This document shows, piece after piece, positions 1-13,500 of a stretch of 64,000 nucleotides of DNA. This stretch comes from Chrysomallon squamiferum. Lineage: Eukaryota > Animalia > Mollusca. Numbering within the stretch: position 1 is the first letter of the stretch; each line of letters starts with the position of its first letter. The position numbers and the translations under genes are program-made. Location of the stretch: contig CM022671.1 of the NCBI GenBank assembly GCA_012295275.1, forward strand, positions 27,590,001 to 27,654,000, written 5' to 3'. The notes under the pieces are model-generated. The model searched no databases. It was not told the DNA's origin and worked only from the letters and a program-made list of their open reading frames with translations.

Positions 1-684
1 TATTAACCAGATGAAATCTTGAATCAATACGTCTGGGAATTACAACACTAACAAATTCCGAACTTTCTGACATTTTCAAACAAACATTACAAAAGTAACT
101 TAAAAATCCTTCGCATTCTAAATGTACACCAACTGCGGGACTATTTTACGCGATGCACTTTTGTTATCGGTATTATGAAAGTTTTATAAAAATAAATCAT
201 TTGTTTACAGAAATATTTCCTATTATTTAAATAATTTCTAGTCAAAATAATATTTACAGGGTTACAATGATGTTAATTAGAAATATTTTATTAAAGATAT
301 TGCCTTTCGTTAATTATGCCATTGAGGTCACTGGGGTTATATTCCAAGTATAGTAATCCACGTGAGGACAGTTTGTAAGGAAGTTTTGACTACCTTTCAA
401 TGGTATTTGAAGTAGATAATTACAGTAAACTGGATGTTAATGTAAATGAAATACTTTGAAATAGTTTTGTTTGTTTTTAATTTCTTGTTCTAATAAAACC
501 TAAAACAAAACATATAAATAAAACTCAGTATTTCTGAGTATAGGTGATCCATTGATCGTAGTACTCAGTACTGAGTACTGATTCAGACTTGCTAGACTCA
601 AGCAGCTATTAAGTCTGTTGCCATTGCTCAGTTGGAACTCATTCATTCGAACTCAGACGCAGGGTATTTACATTTCATGATATA

Positions 685-718
<34 letters not shown>

Positions 719-1186
719 TGTAGCATAATTTGATTTTAATTTCATTGGTTTATTTGAAACAATCGATAAAGCTGAATTTTTAAAAATATCGTTTAAACAT
801 TTCGTAACACATATTAACATCATGTTGCGCAAGGAATACATATTTTGCTATTTCCTTATTTATTTTCAGAATAATTTATATATTTGTAAGACACATTAAA
901 TGTAATTTTTATTAACAATAGGAAATGACTATGGATAGCCTGTGAACTAGTTCAAGATAAATGTTGATGGCTTAGTGCTAGTAACTGTTACTGTTAAATA
1001 TATTGTAGTACAGATAAACACCTTGAATATTAAAAGAAACAATTTAGATAAAGTGCGTTCGCGAAATTAATTTTTGTGCTACTTTAGACTGAATAGGTTA
1101 GCATAAAAAATAATAGAATAGGTTAACATTACTTCAGTTTAGTTATTGCATTGAAAGGTCATTTATTTTATTTATTTTCAGCAAAC

Positions 1187-2697
1187 ATGAATACCAATCA
1201 GCAAATGAAAAAGTGTGAGATCTGCCAAAGTGAAATTTCAAAATATAAATGTCCAACATGTTTGATACGGTAGTAAGTAAAATTTTAATGTTAACTGAAA
1301 GCTATACATGTTTAATTTTAAGCAATAACTGAAACCTGGGATATAATTGGAAAAGTAAGTTATAATTATCAATTATAATTATAAGATATCGGTACAGGTG
1401 CTACATATATATATAGCGTTGGTTAAGTGTCATTGAAACATTTAAATTTTTTATGCCAACACTTATACTGAAATGTTTTTATATGTAAATTTCAATTTTT
1501 TCAAACCACTGAGTTTCTTTTCACAAGCCTGAAATCACAATTCAGTCCCTAGGCAGATTATTGTTGATTTATTTCATTCATGTATTTGATCCACTTAAAT
1601 TGTCGATGTATTGTATATATAGTAATAACTATTTCTAATTTTAACTATGAATGATTTCCTTTTTTTTTCTTGTAGTTGCTCATTTGGATGTTACAAATCG
1701 CACAAAGGTAATGTTTTATTTCTATACAGAAGTGCTAAGGCTTTTTCAGAAACAGAAATAACATTAAATTTCAGTTCCAGGCCACTATCAGTATTACAAA
1801 CTAATACAGAATTGCAGTTTTTTTCTTAAAATTTATCGTTATTTGGTACAAATTAATTTCCTTTTATGAGGATGCATTTGTTTACATTTATTGATTATTA
1901 AAGTAGAATTATAAATTGATGGTTGTTTGTTTTTTTTTTCCAGAAAAAGATTGCAAGCCATTAAACATTTCAAAAATCTCAGAGAAAGCAGCAGACACAC
2001 TACATGACAATAAAAACAGTGGTAATATATACTTCCTGTAGATTTATTTAGATTTTATATTAAAAATAATAATAAATTAAATATTCATTAGCATTTTTAT
2101 TTGTGGAAGGTAGCTGATGGAGGTGTAGAACAGTGTCTTTCATAGGCTTTAGATGTGGTTCATTTGTAATGGATATACATCATTACATATATATTAAAAT
2201 ATAATTTATTCATTTAGTTTTAGAAGATGGTGAAATTGCTGACAATCATGAAGAAGAATTTGAACAATCAGAAGATAAAGTTTCTCAAGAAAAACTCCAG
2301 ACTTTAGGTATATCAATTATTATTCTCTTCTTTTTAAAATAATTTTTGGTCGTGTTTAAGTAAATTAAGTAATTTTGACATGATGATCTGATCTTTTTGT
2401 AGCATGTTAAAGTATTTCATTGTTGTTGTTATTTTAACATTAATATTTCCATGTTGAGAGTAAAGAAAATAAATATTTATTTTTTAATTCAATAAAGTAC
2501 AATTTCCTATATTTTCATCAACAGGCCAGTCAAAAGAAATGCTTGCGTTGCTGGAAAATCCTCACTTGAGAACCATAATGAAATCACTATATAATTCAGA
2601 CAGTCCCAGAGAAGAAATGGAGGTTGCTATGAAAGAACCAATTTTTGAAGAATTTGCAGATGAATGTTTAAAACTTGTGGATCAAGACAAAACTTGA
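1187..2697 (+). CDS. ZNHIT3: Zinc finger HIT domain protein 3 (box C/D snoRNP assembly factor, Hit1 homologue); coding exons 1187-1272, 1676-1707, 1944-2021, 2224-2307, 2525-2697
   Basis: Spliced translation gives the zf-HIT motif CEIC...KYKCPTCLIRYCSFGCYKSHK and the C-terminal block LLENPHLRTIM...AMKEPIFEEFADECL. GT-AG sites and phases are consistent. Confidence 0.9.
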
Positions 2698-3674
2698 CCA
2701 GTGACATTTTCTTAATACCATAGTCCTTATTTTCATTAATGCATAAATTAAATTATATGTGATTGTACAGTCAAAATAATCAGCTGTAGACCCCACTAAA
2801 AATGTCTTACACTAAAGTCTCCAGGATCTGTGTCATGTATGCTACCAAGAAAATAAGATAAAGCAAGGGAAATAACATCCAGACCTTTCAACTATACAAA
2901 ACATTTCACAACATTTGGCAGTCAAGTGCAAGTATGATGTGTAGATTTTACAAATAAGCTCTACCTGTATAATATTTCACAAGCAGTTTTGTTATGTTGG
3001 TATATCAACACTTGAAAGTGGTGAATATTATGAGTTTTCCCTAACAAGAATTACACAGATGTAAACTTTGTTTCAAGAGGTATGGTAATAAAATAACATC
3101 TGTATCGTTTGTTTGTTGTTTTATATTTTGTTGTAAAATACACTTTGCCCTGACTGAATACTGAAAGAAAAAATAAATGCTGGTATAACCATATAAGTAA
3201 GTGTAAATAGTTATGATACAGAATGTACAAACAAAAACACAATCACAGAATATTTTATTCTGTTATATAATTCATAATTCACAGTCCACATGTTCAACTA
3301 ATAAACATCTTCTACATGTACACTTTTCTCTTTTTTTAAAATGATGTCCATTTATATTTTCCTTAAGTTCTTGCTATTTTTATTTAAAATATAGCAAATT
3401 TAATAATAGATACTTTATGATTTCAGCAGGTTTAATGAAAATGATGTTTTTGGCTAAGTACAATTTATACTGAAACTGTAACAAAAATAGAAACAACATT
3501 CAGGTTTTTTCAGATCCTTTTAAAGATGGGCATTATTTTTAACACTTGTCCAAATCTAAAAGAACAGGTTTTAATTCCTGACTTGTATAAATATGCTTAC
3601 AGTCTCTGAACTCTTCTCAACACAGTTCAACAATATTTTAAATGAAGCACTACATAATTATATAAATATTCCTG

Positions 3675-4013
3675 TTACACCCATTTTTTAGAAACGTTTA
3701 AATGTTCAAGCTGGTCTATAAATGAAACATGAGGACGCATGTTGCCTGCTCTCTTCTCTCTAAACTGAGGCAGAACAGAATCACCAAGGGCTTTTTTGTG
3801 ACCTAATGATTCCTCCTGTAAATATAAATTACAAGATAAAATTATTTCTTGTTTTAATCTTTTAAGCTCTTTTAAAAAGAAAATATGTTGGATACTGAAA
3901 TCTTGACATTAGCAATATCTGCCTTAATACAAAACATTTACATCAAAAAAGAAACAGTCAACTGAAGTTTATACACACTACACAGCATTTACTATTATAC
4001 ATAACCGTAATCA

Positions 4014-4050
<37 letters not shown>

Positions 4051-4601
4051 TGTTCAGTGTATAAATACTAGTGAAATACCGGGGTAAGAAATGGCCTGCT
4101 CAGTATCTCTAGATTTTCTTGTTCCACCAAAAGACATCTCATTACTGCTCTCTTCCTGTTTGTTGTTATATGTGGATGTACTTTATTTTTTCTGTTAAAT
4201 TAAATAAATAAATAATAATAAAGGAAATAAGAAAATATTAGCCATTAGGGGTGATTAAAGTCCATTAAATTTCATGATGCGTTTGACATGTCCAATATAA
4301 ACATTAATATATACATGTATCATATACAAAATCAGTTGAAGGTAACTTGGAAATCCTTATTTCTCAAACAATGAGAATAACAACAATTGTAAAAGTAAAC
4401 GTTCTTGTATTTCAGTATTTGGTCTTTCATATTTTTGTCACGTTACAAGTATCATCTTAAGTGACAAGTCTAATTTTGCTGATCTCTTTAAAAATAACTT
4501 CATTTTTCACTTTTGAAAAAGCAGTCAAATTACCCTGCATATAACTGTCCAGGAACCTTGTGCCTCTTTTTATAAAACTGCAAAACTCTTGTGAAAAACA
4601 T
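3675..4601 (-). CDS. MRPL57: Mitochondrial ribosomal protein mL63 (MRPL57/MRP63); exons 4534-4601, 4080-4191, 3675-3815
   Basis: Not in the ORF track. Spliced translation MFFTRVLQ...KVPGQLYAGKNK...EQENLEILSRPFLTPEESLGH...PHVSFIDQLEHLNVSKKWV* matches mL63 hallmarks as recalled (PG..GK, E.EN...L..P..T.E, DQL.HLNV.KKW). Phases are consistent. Confidence 0.9.
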
Positions 4602-4843
4602 TTTGCTCTCCAAAACGATAGCACGCAACTTAGAGGTTAGCCGCAAATATTCGTAATTATTTGTCACATGCCATATGGTTTACTGAATCATGAAGAATAT
4701 GTTTATCTCTGTTTATATCTAGGAATTATTACTGGAATAATATAATCATTACTCTATAACAAATAAATCTTTAAAGGTTCGTTTACTGATGATATATTAG
4801 TACGAAATTGGAATTGAGGCTATCTTTACATGACAAAAACAAA
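4602..4843. promoter_or_regulatory. Putative bidirectional promoter for MRPL57/MRPL44
   Basis: Divergent start codons are separated by only 242 bp. CpGs are retained locally, and a YY1-like AAAATGGCAGC overlaps the MRPL44 ATG. Confidence 0.6.
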
Positions 4844-7800
4844 ATGGCAGCGCCTATGAGTAAAACATGTTTTTCTTGCTTGAAATTTGTTATTAGACCT
4901 TCATCACGCCCTTTAAAAGGTTCATTTCCTGATTTACATTATGAATTAAATTTTTTTCGGAAACTGATAATTCCGAATGTATGACTTCTAAAGACCATGC
5001 CATTTACTGAGTTTGTCTTTCACTGGCTCGCTAAGCAGTTTGGTATTGTTAAGGTTATAATAATAATGCATTTTTAATTTATTATTGAACTCTGGTTCAA
5101 AATCTAACTAATTTAGTTGATAAAAAGTTTTAGAATTTACAAATATCATTTCAAGACAACTCTGATGATGTGATGAATAAATACATACTTATCGTAAGCT
5201 ACAATTTATGTGTAAATTGGAATAAATGTCATAATGATAATTTCTCTGACAGTGTGACGCCGTCATTATGACACTCGGAGTGTCACTGAATGTGTTCTGT
5301 ATGTTACCGTGTGTGTGTGTGCGTGCAGTCATATCAAGCAATGAAAGACGATAATCAGTTTAATTTGATATGGAGTGATTTTTTAATTTTTTTTTTTGTA
5401 TTTGCGTTTAAAAAGAGTTTCGTCGATACCATAAAGTATGGAAGGAGCCAGTACTCCGAGCAATGTACAGAAAAAGAGAGGAAGTTGGTCCAGAACCAGA
5501 GAGACACAGATCTGAATGGATAAACTGGTATGTACTGTCATGAAACTATTATTAATAATAACTCTTCTCTATTGATTTTATTTTTGGTTTGCTGAACTCC
5601 TAAACTGTTCATAATGTTTTTATTATTATTATTATTTTTATTTTATTTTTTAATGCATCTTCTAGTGTGTACTTTATTACAAACAACTGCCATTTATTCA
5701 TGTATATTTGAAAATTTTGAAGTTATAAAACAAATTACTTGGATATTGGTCTAGTTTCTACTTTTAAAAATTAAAATTCTTTTTTGCAATATAGTCATCA
5801 GATATAAATATTATAGTTTGCCATACAGCTGAATATTTTTTTTCTCTCTCTCTAAAAAAAAAGGAATTATGAAGCAGAGATATTTGCTTTTGGAAAACGA
5901 CTTGGAGAAGAGTTCAAAGACGACACTTTGAGAACAGCCTTTACACACAGGTCCAAACCAAAAATTTAAATTTCTAATCTCAGTTTAAGTTTTAATTCAG
6001 TATTTAACTTGTATATTTCTTTTTAATGTTTCCAAATATTTATAAATTCACATTCAGTCCTTTAACTGTTATAAATTAAAATTTATTTATTAGTAATTGA
6101 TATTTTTAGTATGTAATTATACAGTTACTTTTTTCTCAGTCAGAACATAGGAATTATAAACTTTTGTTTTTACTCACAGATTTTATTGGTATTTCTGACA
6201 AATTAAATTTTATTTATGATTTTTATAAATAAATTGTTTAATATCTTTGTTTTTAATCAAATTTTATTGGAAATTAAAAAAAAAAAAAATACAGATCTTA
6301 TATTGAAAAAGAAGAGAAAAGAAGAACTGAGTTAGGAATTGATCTTAATGCCGCACCTCTAGGTCTTACTGATAATGAAGATCTGGCACAAACAGGTTTC
6401 TGCAGAATACAATATAAATACAGCTTTTCACTTGAATAATATATTTTTATTTGAGTTTTTTATTTTTGTGATGATTGATTATCATTGATGCCTCCTGTAA
6501 TAAGTTAAACAACCAAAAAATAAAACAGTTGATTTTTATCTGTTTTAATTAAACTAATACAAAAAAATTTAATATTTGTTTTGTTCTCTCTATAAATATT
6601 TGAAACTAAATGAATAAGGAAGGACTTGTGAATTATTAGGTCATAGTCTTCAACCTATAGATAAAAATAAAGTTTTTGAATATTTGGACACATATTTTTT
6701 TTTAAACAATATTATTAATAAACTCATGTCATTAAATCAGTTAGTATGTCATTGATAATTATAAAGTTCTACTGTAATGTAAGGTACACTTCACCAAAGA
6801 TAAACTTCAAAATGTTTGCAGTTTATGACAGGTTGACATAGTAATGTGTTTTTGTTTAGGTGGAGAAATAACAGAACAATATACAAAAGCCTTTCTAAGA
6901 CATGTGTATCCCAGAATGTTTGAAGAGGGTATCTGGTGAGTCAAACTGATTTTTGTTTTAACCCCCACCAAAAAACCCACAATGTGTGTGAGTGTGTCTG
7001 TGCATGTAACAAAAATTCTGTTTTAAAAACAAGTGAACAATAAAATTAATATTATATTAATAGGGACAAATATATGCGATAAATAACAAAATATGTTGGA
7101 GGAAATTATAGCAAGTTGCTTGTAAACATATTTTTTATATATATATTTTTTTTAAATTTCATTTCAGTGGCATTAGCGATTACCTCACTACAGATGAAAT
7201 GTTAGCTGATATTGCAAGAGATATTGGAGCAGCAGATCTTATGTTATGTGCTGTAAGTAGAAAGTAAAATGTTTTTGTTTGAATAATATTCTTTCCAGTT
7301 CTATTATCATTTTTATATATTTTTAAAAAAAATTTAAAAAAAAGAAAATGTATACAGTATCCTGAAATTTATTATTCATTTTTTTAAATGGTTGAATATT
7401 ATTTATTGTTAATTGATTTTTTTTCTCTTTTTTTTTCTTTCAGGATTTTCCACCTGAGACTAAAACTTTGAGTAAAACATTTAAAGCCATTGTGGGTGCA
7501 ATTTATGAGGATCAGGTAGTGATTTGATTTGATTACATAATTAAAAATTTTTCCACTTCACTGCACATTTTCTTTCTGCATTGCACTGTATACATTTTTA
7601 TTTGTAATTATTCAAAACAGTTCAAGGCTATTATTTAACATCCTTTAATTTACAGATTCTTTCTTTTTTTCATTTTTTTTAAAAATTTATGTTCACAGCT
7701 AATTCATTTCAGAAACCACTTTTAAAAGTTTAAAACATTTATTTTTATTATTGAAAGGGAAAAACAAAAGCAGAAACATTTGTGAGGGATTTTGTTCTGC

Positions 7801-8896
7801 CACAGCTGATAGGCAAAGATATCAATGAAATGTGGAATGTAATTAATCCCATGGGATTATTGACAGCAGTGCTGAAAAAACAGGGACAAGAACCACCAGA
7901 ACCAAGGTACACTACTCTTCCAGTGATAACTATTAAATTTCCCAGTCCATTTATTAATTTATTTTATTATTATTAATTCTAATAAGGTAACCACCAGAAG
8001 CAAAGTATATTACTCTTCCAGTAATAACTGTTCGAAATCCCAGTCCAATTATCATTATTCAGCTTGTAGTTTTGACACTGATTTTACATTTTACCTCCCA
8101 TCCCAATGATTCATAACAAAAGTCATTATATGTGCTTTTCTCTATGCATGTAGGTATATAGAAGATTCATTGATACTAATCTCTCTACTATAATTATACA
8201 CAACAATAAAATGTATGTGTTAGATTTTTTTTTTTTTATATGTAATGTTTTAATTATTTTGGCCATTGTTACTTGTAGATTACTTTGGTCCTCAGCTTCT
8301 GGGACTATGTTGTCTCTTTACTATGTCGGTATCTATAGTAACAAACAACTGATTGCCAAATGTAAGTGAAAAAGAAAATACAATTTTTACCTTGAATATT
8401 AAAACATCCAGTGCTGTAAACATCACATTAATGATACTTATCTAGAATAATTGAGAAATTCTATTATAATATTGTTATTTGATTATTGGAAAATGACTTT
8501 ATTTTTTTTATTATTTTTTTTTAATCCTATCCTAAAATTTCAAAAATGAAAAGAAATAAACCATTTCAGAATTATTCATTATATATTCCTGTTTCAAAAG
8601 AAGAAGAAAATGTCTTGGTAAATGTTCAAAATCTTATGTTTAATTTATACAAATAAGAGATAAAATGGCCCACTGAAGTAATTACAATTTGCATTTCAGC
8701 ACCGGGTGAGACCCTTCTTATTGCAGAAGAAATGGCTGCTCGCAATGCTTTAAAGAAAATTATGGGAACTGCAGATTATAGAGCTCCGTTACCACTGGGA
8801 AAGATGGCAGAAAACATAAAAGTGGACTATAACAAAAAGAATATCAGTATAGATGAAATAACTGGTGGTCAAGAGAAGCTTTTACACTCAAACTAA
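4844..8896 (+). CDS. MRPL44: Mitochondrial ribosomal protein mL44 (RNase III-like + dsRBD); exons 4844-4919, 5416-5527, 5864-5950, 6295-6395, 6860-6935, 7168-7252, 7444-7515, 7758-7906, 8279-8361, 8700-8896
   Basis: Translation MAAPMSK...RSEWINWNYEAEIFAFGKRLGE...TAFTHRSY...FVRDFVLPQLIGKDINEMW...NPMGLL...PEPRLL...PGETLLIAEEMAARNAL matches the mL44 signature. All ten exons have consistent phase. Confidence 0.92.
7891..8053. repeat. Direct duplication (~65 bp, period 98) of the MRPL44 exon-8 3' end and 5' splice site
   Basis: aaccaccagaaccaag|gtacactactcttccagtgataact... at 7891 recurs as aaccaccagaagcaaa|gtatattactcttccagtaataact... at 7989. Confidence 0.85.
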
Positions 8897-10544
8897 AAAT
8901 GTGAAAGATGAAAAGACAGAAATGAAAATACAGCAGAGACTTTTTCTAACAAATATTTAAAAAGACTTTATACTCAAAATTTCATCTTTCATTCTAACAA
9001 TAATTGGATACCTACACAATGTTGTATGATTGTAGTGCTATTTGTGTGATCAGTGTAAATATTAAAGATAGTCAAAAATATTATATCGTCTTTATATTTT
9101 TCACTGTCATAAACAGTAACAAATTTAATTTTTGATGTCACTATGATTCAAATAACATTTGATTGGTGTAAATATTAAAGAACATCATATATATTTGTAC
9201 ATTAGTATATTCTTAATAAAGATACTCATTTGCATATTGGAAAAAACAAAATATTTTGTTAATGTTTCTGAAATTCACACGAGATGAGCATAATTTTAAC
9301 ATTACAAAACAATATATTTTATCCCTTGATTATCAGTAAAAATAAATAATAAATAATAATACAAAAATAAAAACATTGATGATATTACAAAGGACAAAAA
9401 GAAATTGAAAACCAAAAAATATAAACAATAAATTTTTATTTCCTTTTGTATTATTTTATATAATAAGAAATTTAACAAAGTAATAACAGTGAAAAAAGTG
9501 CTGTAAAAAACATTTTTCATTGTAAAAAGGAAAAAAGGTTACCTTATCTGCTTACAGTGTCAACAAGACAAAATATTCAGGTTTTTGTATAAAAAACTAA
9601 AAATAAGCATAACTATTAACAAAATTCTCATATCTTAAGGCACTTCCATGTAAATTCATCTAATACAGTTAGTAGAAACAAAGTGCTGGTGTAACTAATT
9701 TATAAATATAAAAATGTTGTTAATGGGGGTGAATTTTAACATACAAAATAATGAAATTTTGATATCTTTTTATTCCAAAATTTTGATCTATAAAAATATA
9801 AAATGTATAAAAAACAAACAAACAACAATAAAGGTATGAAATGATATTTTGTGATAGTCTTCATGGATTAAATATTTCTATCAAAACTATATTTTTGTTA
9901 ACTGTAATTATTTTTTATTACATAAATATATCATTTTACAAAGACATTTGTATTTTTACAAGATCTTTTAGATAATGTCTCTGTTTAAAAAATCTATTAA
10001 ACTTGTTGGTCAAACTAATTGTGATTATTTATTATAAAGAAAGCAGAATATGTTTTAAATAAATAGATATTTGGTTTTTAATCTTCCAACAATGTATGGT
10101 GTAATTATAATAGCATTCTTCTAAACAGAAACTGCAATTAATTTTCTTTAGCAGGAAGCAATTTTATTATGTTTTGTTTTTTAGATTCAGTCTTTTTATA
10201 TCTTATCTGTGCCTAATATAATAGAAATAATAATAATAACAATATATTTTATTTTAGTCATGGATATTTTATGGCAAGATAAATAGAAAATTGATGTAAT
10301 ATGTATATTTCTATTTCAAAACATTTGGTCTACTCTAAATAATTTGGTTGAAAAAACAAAATTCTTAGGTGAAATTTAAATATTTTTCAGCATATTAATT
10401 TTACACCCATAAAAAGTACCAAAAGTTCATATTAATACTGGCATGTCAATGAAGATCTTTTGTTATAATTATCAGTCAAAATTCATGAAAACAAAGCAAG
10501 TTAAGACAAGAGGACCGAATTGATAGTGACCTACATAATTGGCT

Positions 10545-13500
10545 TTATAATTCATTTATACTGTGAAAATAAAGTCTAGTGTCTTGAATGGGACGACTGG
10601 TGTTAAACATTCTGTGGTATCTGTCTTGAAGCAGGAAAGCAGCATGTTTAGGCTGTCGCTGCCGTGTAAGAATTCCTTTCTTATTTCCAACAACTCTTGT
10701 GATTCCTGGTTTATAGAAAACAAAACTTGTGTATTAAAATATTTTTCCTATGTCCACATTTTGTTATCATATAGGCCTGACATCTTCACACTCTTTCTAA
10801 AATTTGTATGTTTCACCTCACATGAGTTAAACAGAATTTAAGAAATATTTAATTTTTTTCCAGCTAAAACTGAAATGAATTGCTCTAAACCCCATGACCT
10901 GTTTTATAAATAAATGTCTGCATATTTACCTTGAGCAGTCATAAAGTCAGCAAAATTCCAAACCATTTCACCAACAAAGTATTTTTTTTTTCACATCAAA
11001 TACTTTGTGATATTCTCTCATGAACTCTACCTGGAATTCCTCAGTAAACACAAAAGAAGGATCCTGAGAGAAAAAGAGAATAAAAATCATTACCAGTTTT
11101 CATTAGTTAGTAAAGAAAAAAACACACAGGTAGAGAATCCATTATCTGAAATACTTCAGACTGGAAGTGTCGGATTTCTCAATATTTCAGATTTTGGAAT
11201 ATAAGGAGATAGCATGAAAATAGAATCTAAATATAAATATGAATTTTATTTACTTTTCATATACAGCTTAAACAGATAGTCTCCAAGATTTTTTATATAA
11301 TATTTTTTATAATTTTGTGCAGAAAATAAAGTTTGTATAATGCAAAAAAGTTAAAAAACTTTAACATACCACTACTTCTGCTGCTCAAAAAATGACGTAA
11401 TATGAGTCATGCAGTGCATTATTAAACTATACGGTGGAGGAAGGAGGGTGTTTATTAATTTACTCCATCAAGTTTTCTAAATAATATTATTTAGAATACT
11501 TACTCTGTGTAATCCTGGAATTGTGTCTGCACCATATTCAGTCAACATGATTGGTTTGTGGAATTTCTGATACCAAGCATCAAGATCATTTCCAAGCTGT
11601 AGTTGTATAAGTTCAGTATGGCTGACGTCTCTGTACCAGGCATAGTAACGATTCAAACAAATAATGTCCACAAACTGAACCTTATAAAATAATATAGACA
11701 TAATTAATCATGAAAGATATTGTTCAGAAAACTTTTAACAATAACATCAAATTCAATACCTTTTAAAAATAATAAAGTTATTCAGAAAGAAGAAATTTAT
11801 TTAATCTATAAAACACATCATGTTATTTTTTTTTAACAGTTAGCAACAAGGGATCTTTCACATGCAAGAAAATACACAGTCTTTGGTAAAACAGTGGCAG
11901 TTTCTTGTTCAAATAAATAAAAACTGATTAATAACATGTTATGCTATACATGTTTCTTAGAAAGAAGTTTAAGTTTCTGATAGAGATACTATTATTATAT
12001 AAAAATTATAACATAATAGCTTTACATTTCCTACAATCAGATCATTTTACAACTCACTGCATGATCATTATTATATTCCTGATTACACACAAATGTCACT
12101 GGTCGAGTTGGGTCAAGTTTTCTAGTATGTTCTATAACAGATCTGCAAAAACAAAAATAATATATAGATAAATTTATATTTTTAATCATATGTCTCTCTA
12201 ATCAATGCATCCAGACTCAACTTTTGTACAGAGATGTATATGCAGCATACAGCTTTTTAAATTTAACATAAAACTTCTATCCCCTCATCTTGTTTTCTTT
12301 ACTGTCTCTTTCCTCTGTTATTTGTGTATGTCTGTTAAATACATATTCAAATCTGAGTTGTGTTTTCTGTTTTGTGTACCTGAAATAATGTTCAGATATT
12401 TTTTTGCTTGTTGCTGGTTCATTTGCTGTTGACCACATAATAACAGAAGGTCTGTTTTTATCTCTTCTCACCAGTTCACCCATTACTTCAAGATGGTGAG
12501 CCAAAGACACAGGACTAAAATTGTCATCCCTGAAATAAAAATAAAAATAAAAATAAAAATAAAAATAAAAATAAAAATAAAAATAAAAATAAAAATAAAA
12601 ATAAAAATAAAAATAAAAATAAAAATAAATGAAATAAAATAATAACAATACTGATAATTAAATTTAAAATATTTATCATTTAGCTTAAATCACTTTTTTA
12701 TTATAATAATTTCTGAAATAACATATTTACATAAGGCCATAATAGTAACTGTAAATACACATGAAATAAAAAAATGTATGTTATGTATCAGATTTTTTTG
12801 GATAAAACAAACCAAAGATTAAATAAACATGATTTTCTGTATTTTTATATAATGTTTTTTTTTTTTCAAATTAATAATTCATTAAAGATCTGAACTTAAC
12901 ACTCTTGATGTTAAAATACTTTAATCTTTTAATAAAATTTCAGTATCTGTAAATGTGTTATTATAAATCAATGGATCCATTATATAATTTGTTCTATTGT
13001 AAACTCTTAATGAACCATAAAAAATTTAGACTTTAACTCTCTTATGACCAGCTATCATGCTGAAAATAACCATTAAGATGTAATTTTATAACATCAACTG
13101 ACTTTACAATTCCAACACCAGGACTCTCGTCTATTATTGCAATCCCCTGTTGATCAGCTTGATCAAGAATCTCTTCAGCATACGGGTAGTGAGATGTGCG
13201 AAAACAGTTGGCACCCAGCCATTTTAACATGTTGAAGTCCTTGGCAATCAGTGCATAGTCCAATCCTTTTCCACGAATCTGAATAAATAAATAAATAAAT
13301 AAATGAAAATTGGGAGAAACCTTTTTATAAATATATTTATATTTCAGATTATAATAGATTAATATTCAATATATATAATATTAATATTAAAACTCTGAAC
13401 AAAATATTGAATATACAGCTTTTTGAACTCATTAAATGTATCAAATTCTTTTATTAATTTGGCATCATTATAGATTGCAGAAGGTAACAAACTGAACGAC

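Noticed and set aside
1187-2697. Functional clustering of ZNHIT3 (C/D snoRNP assembly) with the snoRNA array
   Set aside because: About 20 kb and three unrelated genes apart; nothing in the sequence supports more than coincidence.
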